From a virus (lineage: Duplodnaviria; Caudoviricetes): DNA of 33,668 nucleotides. The notes below the pieces were generated by a model that did not search any database, was not told where the DNA came from, and saw nothing but the letters and a program-made list of their open reading frames with translations. This document shows, in pieces, positions 25,481 to 33,245 of this stretch; within the stretch, counting starts at the first letter, position 1; each line of letters starts with the position of its first letter. The DNA lies in the IMG/VR virus record IMGVR_UViG_3300010384_000118, positions 1 to 33,668 of that record; one strand, written 5' to 3'. Position numbers and translations under genes: made by a program.

Positions 25481-26635
25481 TTAGGATGCGAGTACGTTTT
25501 TGAAGTGCCAGTGAGTCTCTGGTAAACGAATTTCCATTGTGAATTCACCGAATGCTTGCGCTCTTTGAACTAGACCAGTACGAGCTAAAGGCTCCATTTG
25601 GAAACCCATACCTTGTAGAGGTGCAAAGGTCAAATTCTCGCTAGAAATGATAAATACATCAGTAGGACGAACGTTTTGACTTACAATAATTGGTAGATCA
25701 CCAGCTTCAGAACCATAAACATCTAAGATGTTTTGTAGTTTCTTGGTGTCTTGGCTTTGTGCTTTATCAAAGCGTGAAGACTGTAACTGGTTAAATGATT
25801 TTTTCTGAGCATTACCAACTAAAATTCCATCAGGTTTAGCACCTAGTGCTAGTAAGCTGAAGATAGCCGTATCTAGGTCAGTTGTTGCAAGAGCATTACT
25901 AGACATATCAGTTACATTGCCAGTAGGGATTTTGGAACGGAAACCAGCCATAGTTCTTAAAGTTGCATCACCGGGATCATATTGGCGCCCATAGATAGAT
26001 GTAATTTCAGCTTCTTTTAACATCTCTTTCATTTTTTTGGATGTTTGAGCTTTAACATCACCTTCAGATGCTTGCTGTCTTACATGACTAGAGGTATCAG
26101 AGATTTCAATCAAGCGATGGAAGATCTGAGTTACGTTAGAGTCACGACTTGCAACTTCTACTTCATTCTCGGTAGGTGTGTAAGATTCAGGTTTTGGTTT
26201 AGAAACAATATAAACAGTTCTTAAAGTGGAACCAGAAACAACAGAAGTGTGAGCTACATGAGTAGTGCCTGCATACTGACGAGAACAAGTTAAAGTTACA
26301 TCTGGTGCGTTAGTCACTTCATCAATAGATAACACTCGGAATTGCTCTGAATCAATCTCAATGATAGTGTTTACAACGTATTTTGTGCTAGTACCAGATA
26401 CGCTAGAACCTTTAACTTGAACAGAAACGTTGCTAGTTCCATCTGCAATGTTTGCTGATAAGCGGTCTACCATACCTGTTAAGCGATAGTTGATCCAATA
26501 GTGAACAACGTTTTGAGCTGCTTTACTTTGGTCCATAATTTTATTTAAGAAAGGTGTTTCTCTCTCAGCAAGAATAGATACCGCTGGAGATAAGTCCTCG
26601 TTATCACCTTCAAGTGAATAACTTATAAGTGCCAT
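25481..26635 (-). CDS. Major capsid protein (SU10/DUF5309-like HK97 fold with an inserted beta domain)
   Basis: EDLS...ETPF...HYW, NVTQIF, RTMAG, PLARTG and GEFTME motifs. Follows the scaffold gene and precedes a strong terminator. Confidence 0.9.
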   Translation of the reverse strand: MALISYSLEGDNEDLSPAVSILAERETPFLNKIMDQSKAAQNVVHYWINYRLTGMVDRLSANIADGTSNVSVQVKGSSVSGTSTKYVVNTIIEIDSEQFRVLSIDEVTNAPDVTLTCSRQYAGTTHVAHTSVVSGSTLRTVYIVSKPKPESYTPTENEVEVASRDSNVTQIFHRLIEISDTSSHVRQQASEGDVKAQTSKKMKEMLKEAEITSIYGRQYDPGDATLRTMAGFRSKIPTGNVTDMSSNALATTDLDTAIFSLLALGAKPDGILVGNAQKKSFNQLQSSRFDKAQSQDTKKLQNILDVYGSEAGDLPIIVSQNVRPTDVFIISSENLTFAPLQGMGFQMEPLARTGLVQRAQAFGEFTMEIRLPETHWHFKNVLAS

Positions 26636-26728
26636 GTTTTACCCTCATTCCCTTTTCTTTCTGCTGAAAGAGTTATTTCTGTGGTTAATCTGGATATTGA
26701 ATAGGTAAAACAGGTTATGATTTTATTT

Positions 26729-27601
26729 TTAGACCTTTTTAAGATTACGTAATTTGATACCTAAAATGGCATCAAGATCCTTATTAGCAATGGCCTCTTG
26801 CAGGTCATCATTCTTAGAACGAGGAGGAATAACATTGCCTGAACCTTCAACATAAGCACGTTTTTTCTTGTTGGATTCAGCCATGGCTTTCTCATATCCC
26901 TTCTTTTCAGCAAATTGATAGGCTGCATTGATACGCTGTGCAGCATCTTTAAAGATTTCACCAGCATTAGCATATTTTTTATCTTGCATATCACGTTCAG
27001 CTAAATCATTAGCCAGATCAAATAAGAAGGTGTCAAAAACAGGATCTTTAAAGTATTCAAACTCTTGATGGATAGATTCTATAGCTTCGGTGACAGAGGC
27101 TTTAACTTCCTCTTGTCTCTCTAAAAGTTGTTTATGTTCTTCCTCTTTAGTAGTTCTTTCTTGATCATGTTGTTTCATCATGACCTTATTCATCCAAGCA
27201 TTAGCATTGATTGGATCTTTATCAAACCACTCTAAATACTTTTGGTTTAAGAGTTCTTGTCTTTCAGGGCTTAAAGCAAGAGGAATATCATTAGCTAATG
27301 CCCAATCTATAGCTTGAAATGGGTTTTGATCGAAAGAATTACAGAATTGAACATCAATCTGTTGTAATTGTTCTTGGGTGAAACGACCTAAAAGTAGTTC
27401 TGGTTGTTCAGTCTTTGTTTCTTCAACCTTTGGTTCTACAACTTGAACCATAGTATCCACATTGACTTTATCTTGTGTTTTGACTGGTCCAGTAGTGGAG
27501 ACACTTTCTTTTACAGGTGCTTCAGTCTTTGTTTCCTCAACTGGAACGGATTCAGTCTTTGTTTCCGCTGGTGCAAGTCCAAAAAGGTTGCTATTAGACA
27601 T
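26729..27601 (-). CDS. Capsid scaffolding protein
   Basis: Acidic low-complexity N-terminus, coiled-coil core, directly upstream of the MCP. Confidence 0.75.
   Translation of the reverse strand: MSNSNLFGLAPAETKTESVPVEETKTEAPVKESVSTTGPVKTQDKVNVDTMVQVVEPKVEETKTEQPELLLGRFTQEQLQQIDVQFCNSFDQNPFQAIDWALANDIPLALSPERQELLNQKYLEWFDKDPINANAWMNKVMMKQHDQERTTKEEEHKQLLERQEEVKASVTEAIESIHQEFEYFKDPVFDTFLFDLANDLAERDMQDKKYANAGEIFKDAAQRINAAYQFAEKKGYEKAMAESNKKKRAYVEGSGNVIPPRSKNDDLQEAIANKDLDAILGIKLRNLKKV
27407..27565 (-). repeat. Three GAAACAAAGACTGAA (ETKTE) repeats in the scaffold gene, with a fourth copy at 16465-16479 (+)
   Basis: Copies at 27407-27425, 27521-27539 and 27549-27565 read directly from the sequence. 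Confidence 0.85.
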
Positions 27602-27641
27602 ATTTGAATAATCCTACTATTGCTTTGTTTTATTAATAGGA

Positions 27642-27911
27642 TTATTGCTTTGCCTTTCTTTCACAGATATTAAAGAACTCCAAGAGTCCTTCATTGAACT
27701 TGGTATGACCATGAAGAACAAGTAAACCCTCTTGTGTTGGCTGATAGTCACAAGGTTTACGAGATAAAGCTTCTAACTCTTCTTTGAGCTGTTTATATAC
27801 TGGTGTGTTAATGAATGACTTATAAGCTATTGCCTCTTGTTCTTTTTGCTTTTTATTCAGTTTTCTTTCAGTATCTAATTTCTTAAAGAACTCTGACTGT
27901 TGTTCATTCAT
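27642..27911 (-). CDS. Small portal-associated hypothetical protein
   Basis: Position between portal and scaffold, SD AAGGA. Confidence 0.65.
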   Translation of the reverse strand: MNEQQSEFFKKLDTERKLNKKQKEQEAIAYKSFINTPVYKQLKEELEALSRKPCDYQPTQEGLLVLHGHTKFNEGLLEFFNICERKAKQ

Positions 27912-27921
27912 AAGTTAATCC

Positions 27922-29775
27922 TTATTGTGGTGTAGCACCTGGGCTAGATGGTTGTGCTAACTGTGGTGCCTCTAAACTGTTAGCATTACCTTGTGGAAGA
28001 GTAGGTGGCCCTTGCATAGCAGCAGATTGTGCCATAGCTTGTTGCTGCATCATTTGTTGTGAGGCAATAAGCGCCTGAAGACTTTGTGTGATGATGGATT
28101 GTTGAACTTGTTTGCAAACTTCATCACCCATCATGTATCTTTCTTTGTCATCAAAGCCATGTAGCTTCATCCAGTCCTCTGTAATAGACTCCCAGTTGAC
28201 CATTCCACCTTGAGGAAGCTGGGCTAGTGTGGCATAAAGCTTTTCAATGCTTTGAATACGTTCGTTATTGTCTGTAACAGTCTGTAAGCCAGTAATATCA
28301 ATGGCTAAATCACTTAAAGGAACACCTTCCATTAGGATTTCAGGATCACAACCTGTGTAAGTTGCAATATCTTCTTTGCTTCCAAACATCCTGATAAGCT
28401 CATAGGTAAAAGCAACAGCAGGTTCTAGGAACTTTTCGTTTAGATGCTTGGCTATGTTGGTAAAGTTTTTATCTGAGGCTTGAGAAAGGATAGTATCACT
28501 GGTTGCTGTGCCACTCCCGGATGAACTATCTCCACCTTTAGCATATTTTAAGACTGTAGTTGTCTCTTCATACTCTGCTTTCAATACATTTAACATTTCA
28601 AGAGGTGTGGAAATATTGCTACTGTTATCAATTGTCCAAATAGAATCTGGCCCATCCATAGCATGTAGACCACCGGGGCGTTGTATAAAATTATCTGGGT
28701 CAAAGGTTCTGTCAGTTGCCTTATAGCCATATTGTTTAAAGAGTTTGATAGTTAGCTCATCAGATAAGAAATTGCTAATAAATTCAGCTCTATCTTGGAT
28801 AGGTAAGCCTTTTTCAATGAAGCCTTCTCCATATGCGGAACCGGGAATCTCTCTAAAAGATGTAAATAAGAAAGGTCTTTGTGGATAAGGATTAGGTTCA
28901 AAACGTATAACATGTTTTCTGTTTGCAACAACACAAACAAAGTCCCTATAAGTCTTTCCATCAATAACAAAATCACCCCAAGCCTCAAGTAACTCTGCCT
29001 GATTCTTTGGAGGAGTAGGATCTTTAACACCTAGAAAACATGCTATATTCTTGGAAAATGAATCATCATTAGGATTGGACACTGCATCATTGCTAGTAAT
29101 TGAGTCAGTATTGATGTAAACACCACCATTTGATTCATCATTAGCTTTAATATCACTGATATTACGGAATAAGCGCTGAATCATCATAGACTCAGATACA
29201 TCAGCATTATTTGCAGGATAGATAACAAAGTCCTGCATCTTAACAAACTCATACCAAGGAGCATCATAGACAAGACCTTCAGTCTCCATATCTATCTTGC
29301 CTTGTCTTTGTTTCCAGTAGACCTTCATACAAGTACAACCAATAACAGAACCTTGTAATAAGAAGAGATCAGTGGAATTTGCAAAGTTTCCCTTCTTAAA
29401 GATTCTCTTTTGATATTTGGTTAGAGCCTCTGCATTTAAAACTTGTAGTTCATCAGATCCATTGACAGGTCTAATCTGAAAGAAATTTTCATCATTAGGC
29501 ATTGTGATAGATCTGATTTGTGTGGTTCCAGCAATAGCAGCTTGATAAGACCAAGGTAATGAATGATTGCTACGCCATCTTTCATGTTCAGGATAAAACT
29601 CTGGATCTACATATTGGGAGAATGCTTTCCAGCATCTTTCCCAGACCTTCTCTCTTTCAGCTCTGTCTTTACGGCCATTAGACCAATTCTCAACAACAGT
29701 GTTAGCTATCTTGGCTTGTGTATCTTCGCTAAAGCTTTCAGGTTGAAGATTATTGTCTTGGATTTCTAAGGCCAT
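27922..29775 (-). CDS. Portal protein (podovirus type)
   Basis: 617 aa following TerL. Motifs G....KVYW, LEAWG, NPY..RPF, PGSAYGEG, TAT; Q-rich tail. Confidence 0.9.
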   Translation of the reverse strand: MALEIQDNNLQPESFSEDTQAKIANTVVENWSNGRKDRAEREKVWERCWKAFSQYVDPEFYPEHERWRSNHSLPWSYQAAIAGTTQIRSITMPNDENFFQIRPVNGSDELQVLNAEALTKYQKRIFKKGNFANSTDLFLLQGSVIGCTCMKVYWKQRQGKIDMETEGLVYDAPWYEFVKMQDFVIYPANNADVSESMMIQRLFRNISDIKANDESNGGVYINTDSITSNDAVSNPNDDSFSKNIACFLGVKDPTPPKNQAELLEAWGDFVIDGKTYRDFVCVVANRKHVIRFEPNPYPQRPFLFTSFREIPGSAYGEGFIEKGLPIQDRAEFISNFLSDELTIKLFKQYGYKATDRTFDPDNFIQRPGGLHAMDGPDSIWTIDNSSNISTPLEMLNVLKAEYEETTTVLKYAKGGDSSSGSGTATSDTILSQASDKNFTNIAKHLNEKFLEPAVAFTYELIRMFGSKEDIATYTGCDPEILMEGVPLSDLAIDITGLQTVTDNNERIQSIEKLYATLAQLPQGGMVNWESITEDWMKLHGFDDKERYMMGDEVCKQVQQSIITQSLQALIASQQMMQQQAMAQSAAMQGPPTLPQGNANSLEAPQLAQPSSPGATPQ

Positions 29776-29822
29776 TAAGGCATCCCCACTATTTCAAATC
29801 TGTTGATAATGAAATAGTGGTT

Positions 29823-31343
29823 TTAATAGCGGCTACGGTATTGGATAAGGTTATGAGTTGGTTTTTGACGCCAAACCTTTTTATTACCTGCCACTTGATC
29901 TGATGTTCTGTTGTATTTATTGATGATGATGTATCTTAAAGCATCTTGTAAGTGGATATATTCGTTTCTTTCCACTTTTGGGATAGGTAAAGATGTAACG
30001 TTCTTACGCCATCTATAACCACCTTGAAAACCTTCAATCAAGATAGTACAAGTTCTATCAAAGAGAATCTTTCTTCTTTGGTCTTTAGCAATACTGGAAA
30101 GCTTTTCTCTTGTGAGTTGGATACCATTGTTTACAGACCCAGGAACACTAGGAATATGTCTAGGCATGACGTTGGTCATCTGATAAAACACATCGATGTT
30201 GTTCTGTCCTGTTTGTTCGTTATCCAAACGTCCAGCAGGATCACAATAAGCTTCAAATGAATCCAATTGTTCAGGATACTTGACCGCTATAATGTCCAGA
30301 ATATTGTTGATAAAGTCTTTTAATTGCGCTCTTTGGTCATAATACTCATCTAATACAATCAATTGACCTGATTCACATTCTTGAGCAAAGACACAAGCTG
30401 GATTGACCGCACCCCAATCTAAACCAAGTATTAAAGTCTTGTTCTTGTCATAAACAGCATCTATAACGTGATGTTCCATATAGAAATCATCTTCATAGAC
30501 ACCTTGACCATCTGAAACAACACTCCACTCACCCTCTAACTGTTGTTTAGCTAGTGAACCTGTGTATTTTGACTCGTATTTGGCTCTTGTATCTATGGAA
30601 AGAGTAGGATTATCAAGTGTTTTAGCCTTAATCTCTATAAGTTCAACACCAGTCTTCTTGCGTTTTTCAATCTTTTCAGTGTCATGAATCAAGTCATAGA
30701 GCCATCTAGCACCTAACTTATCAGGTGTTGTGGTTATTTTGATTTGGTTACGAACAAACATTCCAGCTTTATCAAGCTTGGAAACCTCTTTCTTATCGGC
30801 TAAAGCCCCGTAAACCTCACCAGTCTCTTTATGAACCTTTTCCCTTAAACGGTCAGTTAGAACATCAAATGAATCAGCAGGTGTTGCTTCAGCCTCATCT
30901 AGCCATGCCCAGCATACGTCAAAACCTTCAATCTTACCTGCCCCTTTATCCAAGGACTTACAGAAGATCTTTTGCCCCTCATGACCGGGTAGTAGGATAT
31001 GTAAGACATTTTGTTGATCAAACTTGTAAATCTTTTGTCCAACTTGTTTAGAGGCTTCATCTAAAAAGCTCAATAAAGACTTCATGGAAGCATTTTTCAG
31101 CTGATCATAGTTGTTGGCACAGATCATGCCTGAGGCTTTTGGATACTTAAAAATCATATCCGTAGCCCAAGCACCACCAATAGTAGATTTGCCTGTACCT
31201 ACACCACCTACAAAGCAAGTATAATGTGCGTTAGACTCTAAAAAGTCTTGCTGGGGTGAATAACCATCTGATTCTCTTGCCCAAGGACTAAATGAAACAG
31301 ATGCAGCTTTTAACAGGACGGGTTTATGCTTCTTAATTGCCAT
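29823..31343 (-). CDS. terL: Terminase large subunit
   Basis: Walker A GGVGTGKS, Walker B WLDEA, coupling motif TTTP, nuclease motifs LGLDWG and HLQDALRY. Confidence 0.95.
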   Translation of the reverse strand: MAIKKHKPVLLKAASVSFSPWARESDGYSPQQDFLESNAHYTCFVGGVGTGKSTIGGAWATDMIFKYPKASGMICANNYDQLKNASMKSLLSFLDEASKQVGQKIYKFDQQNVLHILLPGHEGQKIFCKSLDKGAGKIEGFDVCWAWLDEAEATPADSFDVLTDRLREKVHKETGEVYGALADKKEVSKLDKAGMFVRNQIKITTTPDKLGARWLYDLIHDTEKIEKRKKTGVELIEIKAKTLDNPTLSIDTRAKYESKYTGSLAKQQLEGEWSVVSDGQGVYEDDFYMEHHVIDAVYDKNKTLILGLDWGAVNPACVFAQECESGQLIVLDEYYDQRAQLKDFINNILDIIAVKYPEQLDSFEAYCDPAGRLDNEQTGQNNIDVFYQMTNVMPRHIPSVPGSVNNGIQLTREKLSSIAKDQRRKILFDRTCTILIEGFQGGYRWRKNVTSLPIPKVERNEYIHLQDALRYIIINKYNRTSDQVAGNKKVWRQKPTHNLIQYRSRY

Positions 31344-31366
31344 GTCTTATCAATAGGATTAATGCT

Positions 31367-31843
31367 TTAGAGCATAAAGCCTTGTCTTATAGCGCTTAAA
31401 AAGCCATGCCTAATACCATGTTCCCCATGATACTTTTCAGAGGCCTTGTTGTAGGCCATAATCGCCGAAAACATGTTTTTAAATGTCCCAATGTTATAAC
31501 AGCGTCTGTCTTTATAGATTCTGACTAAAAACTTGTTATTTGGGCGTTTTACAATGCCTTTTAAACCTGTGTTTGATAGAGCATGTTTAGAATTCTGTTT
31601 GTTTTGTTGACGTGTAACTACTCGTAAATTAGAACGTCTGTTATCTGATCTGTTATGGTTGATATGGTCTACATCTAATCCATAAGGGGCGTTTGTTATC
31701 ATTCGATGTAGATAAACAGTTTTTCCTTTTTGCCAACCTTGAATGTACCCACTAACACTGTTATAAGACCAACAATAATCATTTACTAGATGAAGATCTT
31801 CTTTATCAATCTGAATGGTGTGACCTTTTATTTGAACTTTCAT
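31367..31843 (-). CDS. HNH-AP2 homing endonuclease
   Basis: YLHRMI...VDHINHNRSDNRRSNLR..T...N (HNH_3) plus AP2-like KGI...IGTF....A..AYN. Start probably MKVQIKG (31843). Confidence 0.9.
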   Translation of the reverse strand: MKVQIKGHTIQIDKEDLHLVNDYCWSYNSVSGYIQGWQKGKTVYLHRMITNAPYGLDVDHINHNRSDNRRSNLRVVTRQQNKQNSKHALSNTGLKGIVKRPNNKFLVRIYKDRRCYNIGTFKNMFSAIMAYNKASEKYHGEHGIRHGFLSAIRQGFML

Positions 31844-32117
31844 AACTAACCCTTTGTGTGTCAATTAGAGCTTTTACAAACTCTAAATGTTTTGTGATCG
31901 TGACAGAGTTAGGCACTTTATCCACTTGATCTTCCAGTCTTAAAACCAATCCAAAACCATAGATTAAATCCTGATTGATATTCCCACGCTTATTGGTTAA
32001 ACAAGCAATCCCATAGCGTTTGATCAGCTCTAGGATTATCTTTTCAATTCTTATAAGTGAGGGTTTGACCATAGGATGTAGGTCTGGATGTTTTTCAAGA
32101 TATGTTTGAATCGACAT
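31806..32117 (-). CDS. Hypothetical protein, first gene of the packaging operon
   Basis: 103-aa ORF preceded by a class A motif at 32143-32155. Confidence 0.6.
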   Translation of the reverse strand: MSIQTYLEKHPDLHPMVKPSLIRIEKIILELIKRYGIACLTNKRGNINQDLIYGFGLVLRLEDQVDKVPNSVTITKHLEFVKALIDTQRVSYESSNKRSHHSD

Positions 32118-32217
32118 AGTGGGGTGTACCTTTCTCTGGTTTATTAATAGGATTAATGAAAATATGTGATTAGACCTATTTCAGTGATAAGGAAGTAGAT
32201 ATAGGTGTTAAGTCATC

Positions 32218-32595
32218 ATGAGTGAGAAGAGTAATAAGCGTTTTAAAAACTGGATGGATAAGTACAGTATTGAATTTGATGTTGACCAAAAGGCATATCA
32301 ACATGAATACCTAATGCAGCATGATGCAATGATGGAACAAGTTGATGAGATTTCTTTTCAAATATCCCGAAATAAGGATGTTCCTATTCAATGCAGACAA
32401 GCATCTATCAACACCTTAGTTCATAGAAATGAGATCCTTCATAAGCGTAAAGAGTCAGAAGTAATTGCTGAAGAGATAAGGAACTATAAGCCTCTTGTAT
32501 CGTTTAAGATTGAAAAGCTTGAGTCCAAAACCATTAAACAGATTGAAACCAGTCAGCCTACTTTGAATGAACTTGACTTTGAGATTGAAGAATAA
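32218..32595 (+). CDS. Possible terminase small subunit, divergently oriented
   Basis: Size, proximity to TerL, a helical-hairpin-like DVPIQCRQASINTL segment and a class B motif upstream. Function is inferred. Confidence 0.35.
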   Translation: MSEKSNKRFKNWMDKYSIEFDVDQKAYQHEYLMQHDAMMEQVDEISFQISRNKDVPIQCRQASINTLVHRNEILHKRKESEVIAEEIRNYKPLVSFKIEKLESKTIKQIETSQPTLNELDFEIEE

Positions 32596-32652
32596 GCCTT
32601 TTTCTTCAAATTAATTACTAATTAGGGCTTTTTTATTTTGTTGCTTTGAAAA

Positions 32653-32669
32653 TAGACGTATAACGTCTA
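32653..32669. promoter_or_regulatory. Operator-like palindrome upstream of DUF3768
   Basis: TAGACGT-ATA-ACGTCTA overlapping a TATAAC hexamer. Confidence 0.45.
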
Positions 32670-32685
32670 CTAGGAGCTATTTTGA

Positions 32686-33021
32686 ATGGAATTAGATGAG
32701 AAAACAAAGCTAATACAGACATTGAATGACAGATTAAGGAAGACTTTTCTGGGTGGTCAGATAATGGTTACAACTGGTGTACAAGCATTAGATGAACTTG
32801 ATCAAAGGCGTGTAATGCAGGCTGTTAGTGACTTTAATGGATTTAATCCTGATAATGACCCATATGAAGAGCATGATTGTGCAACTTTAACGGTGAATGG
32901 ACATAAGGTGATGTTCAAGATTGATTATTATGCGCTTGATATGCTTCATGGAAGTGAAGAACCAAGTGATGAGAGCCAGACAAAGCGTGTGTTGACGATT
33001 ATGTTGGCTGAGGAGTATTGA
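32686..33021 (+). CDS. DUF3768 family protein
   Basis: LNDRLR...T.GV.AL...F..F..DNDPY.EHD...FKIDYY...T.RVLTIMLAEEY signature, SD AGGAG. Confidence 0.88.
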   Translation: MELDEKTKLIQTLNDRLRKTFLGGQIMVTTGVQALDELDQRRVMQAVSDFNGFNPDNDPYEEHDCATLTVNGHKVMFKIDYYALDMLHGSEEPSDESQTKRVLTIMLAEEY

Positions 33022-33084
33022 TTGATATATAATCACAGTCGATTAGTGAGAGTATGACATAATATCTCCCTCAAAATAATTGAT

Positions 33085-33109
33085 AAGCCTTCAGTTTGGA
33101 GGCTTTTTT
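33085..33109 (+). terminator. Intrinsic terminator 1
   Basis: AAGCCTTCA-GTT-TGGAGGCTT followed by TTTT. Confidence 0.75.
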
Positions 33110-33145
33110 CTTGTGTAAAAAAGATAAAACAACAACTGATTATTG

Positions 33146-33169
33146 AAGCCTCAGAGATGGGGCTTTTTT
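33146..33169 (+). terminator. Intrinsic terminator 2 (tandem)
   Basis: AAGCCTCA-GAGA-TGGGGCTT followed by TTTT. Confidence 0.75.
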
Positions 33170-33205
33170 GCTGCTTTCTGCTACTGCTGATTAGTGCCTC
33201 CTTTT

Positions 33206-33214
33206 TGCTATAAT
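33206..33214 (+). promoter_or_regulatory. Extended -10 promoter for the EVE gene
   Basis: TG-C-TATAAT. Confidence 0.6.
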
Positions 33215-33245
33215 GCTCGGACAAGTAGTTGTAAAGAACAAAGAG

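Noticed and set aside
10074-31051. Other 60-100 aa ORFs nested in structural genes (e.g. 10074, 12106, 14321, 19935, 22447, 28752, 30024)
   Set aside because: Fully overlapped by long conserved CDSs, with no motifs or initiation signals noticed.
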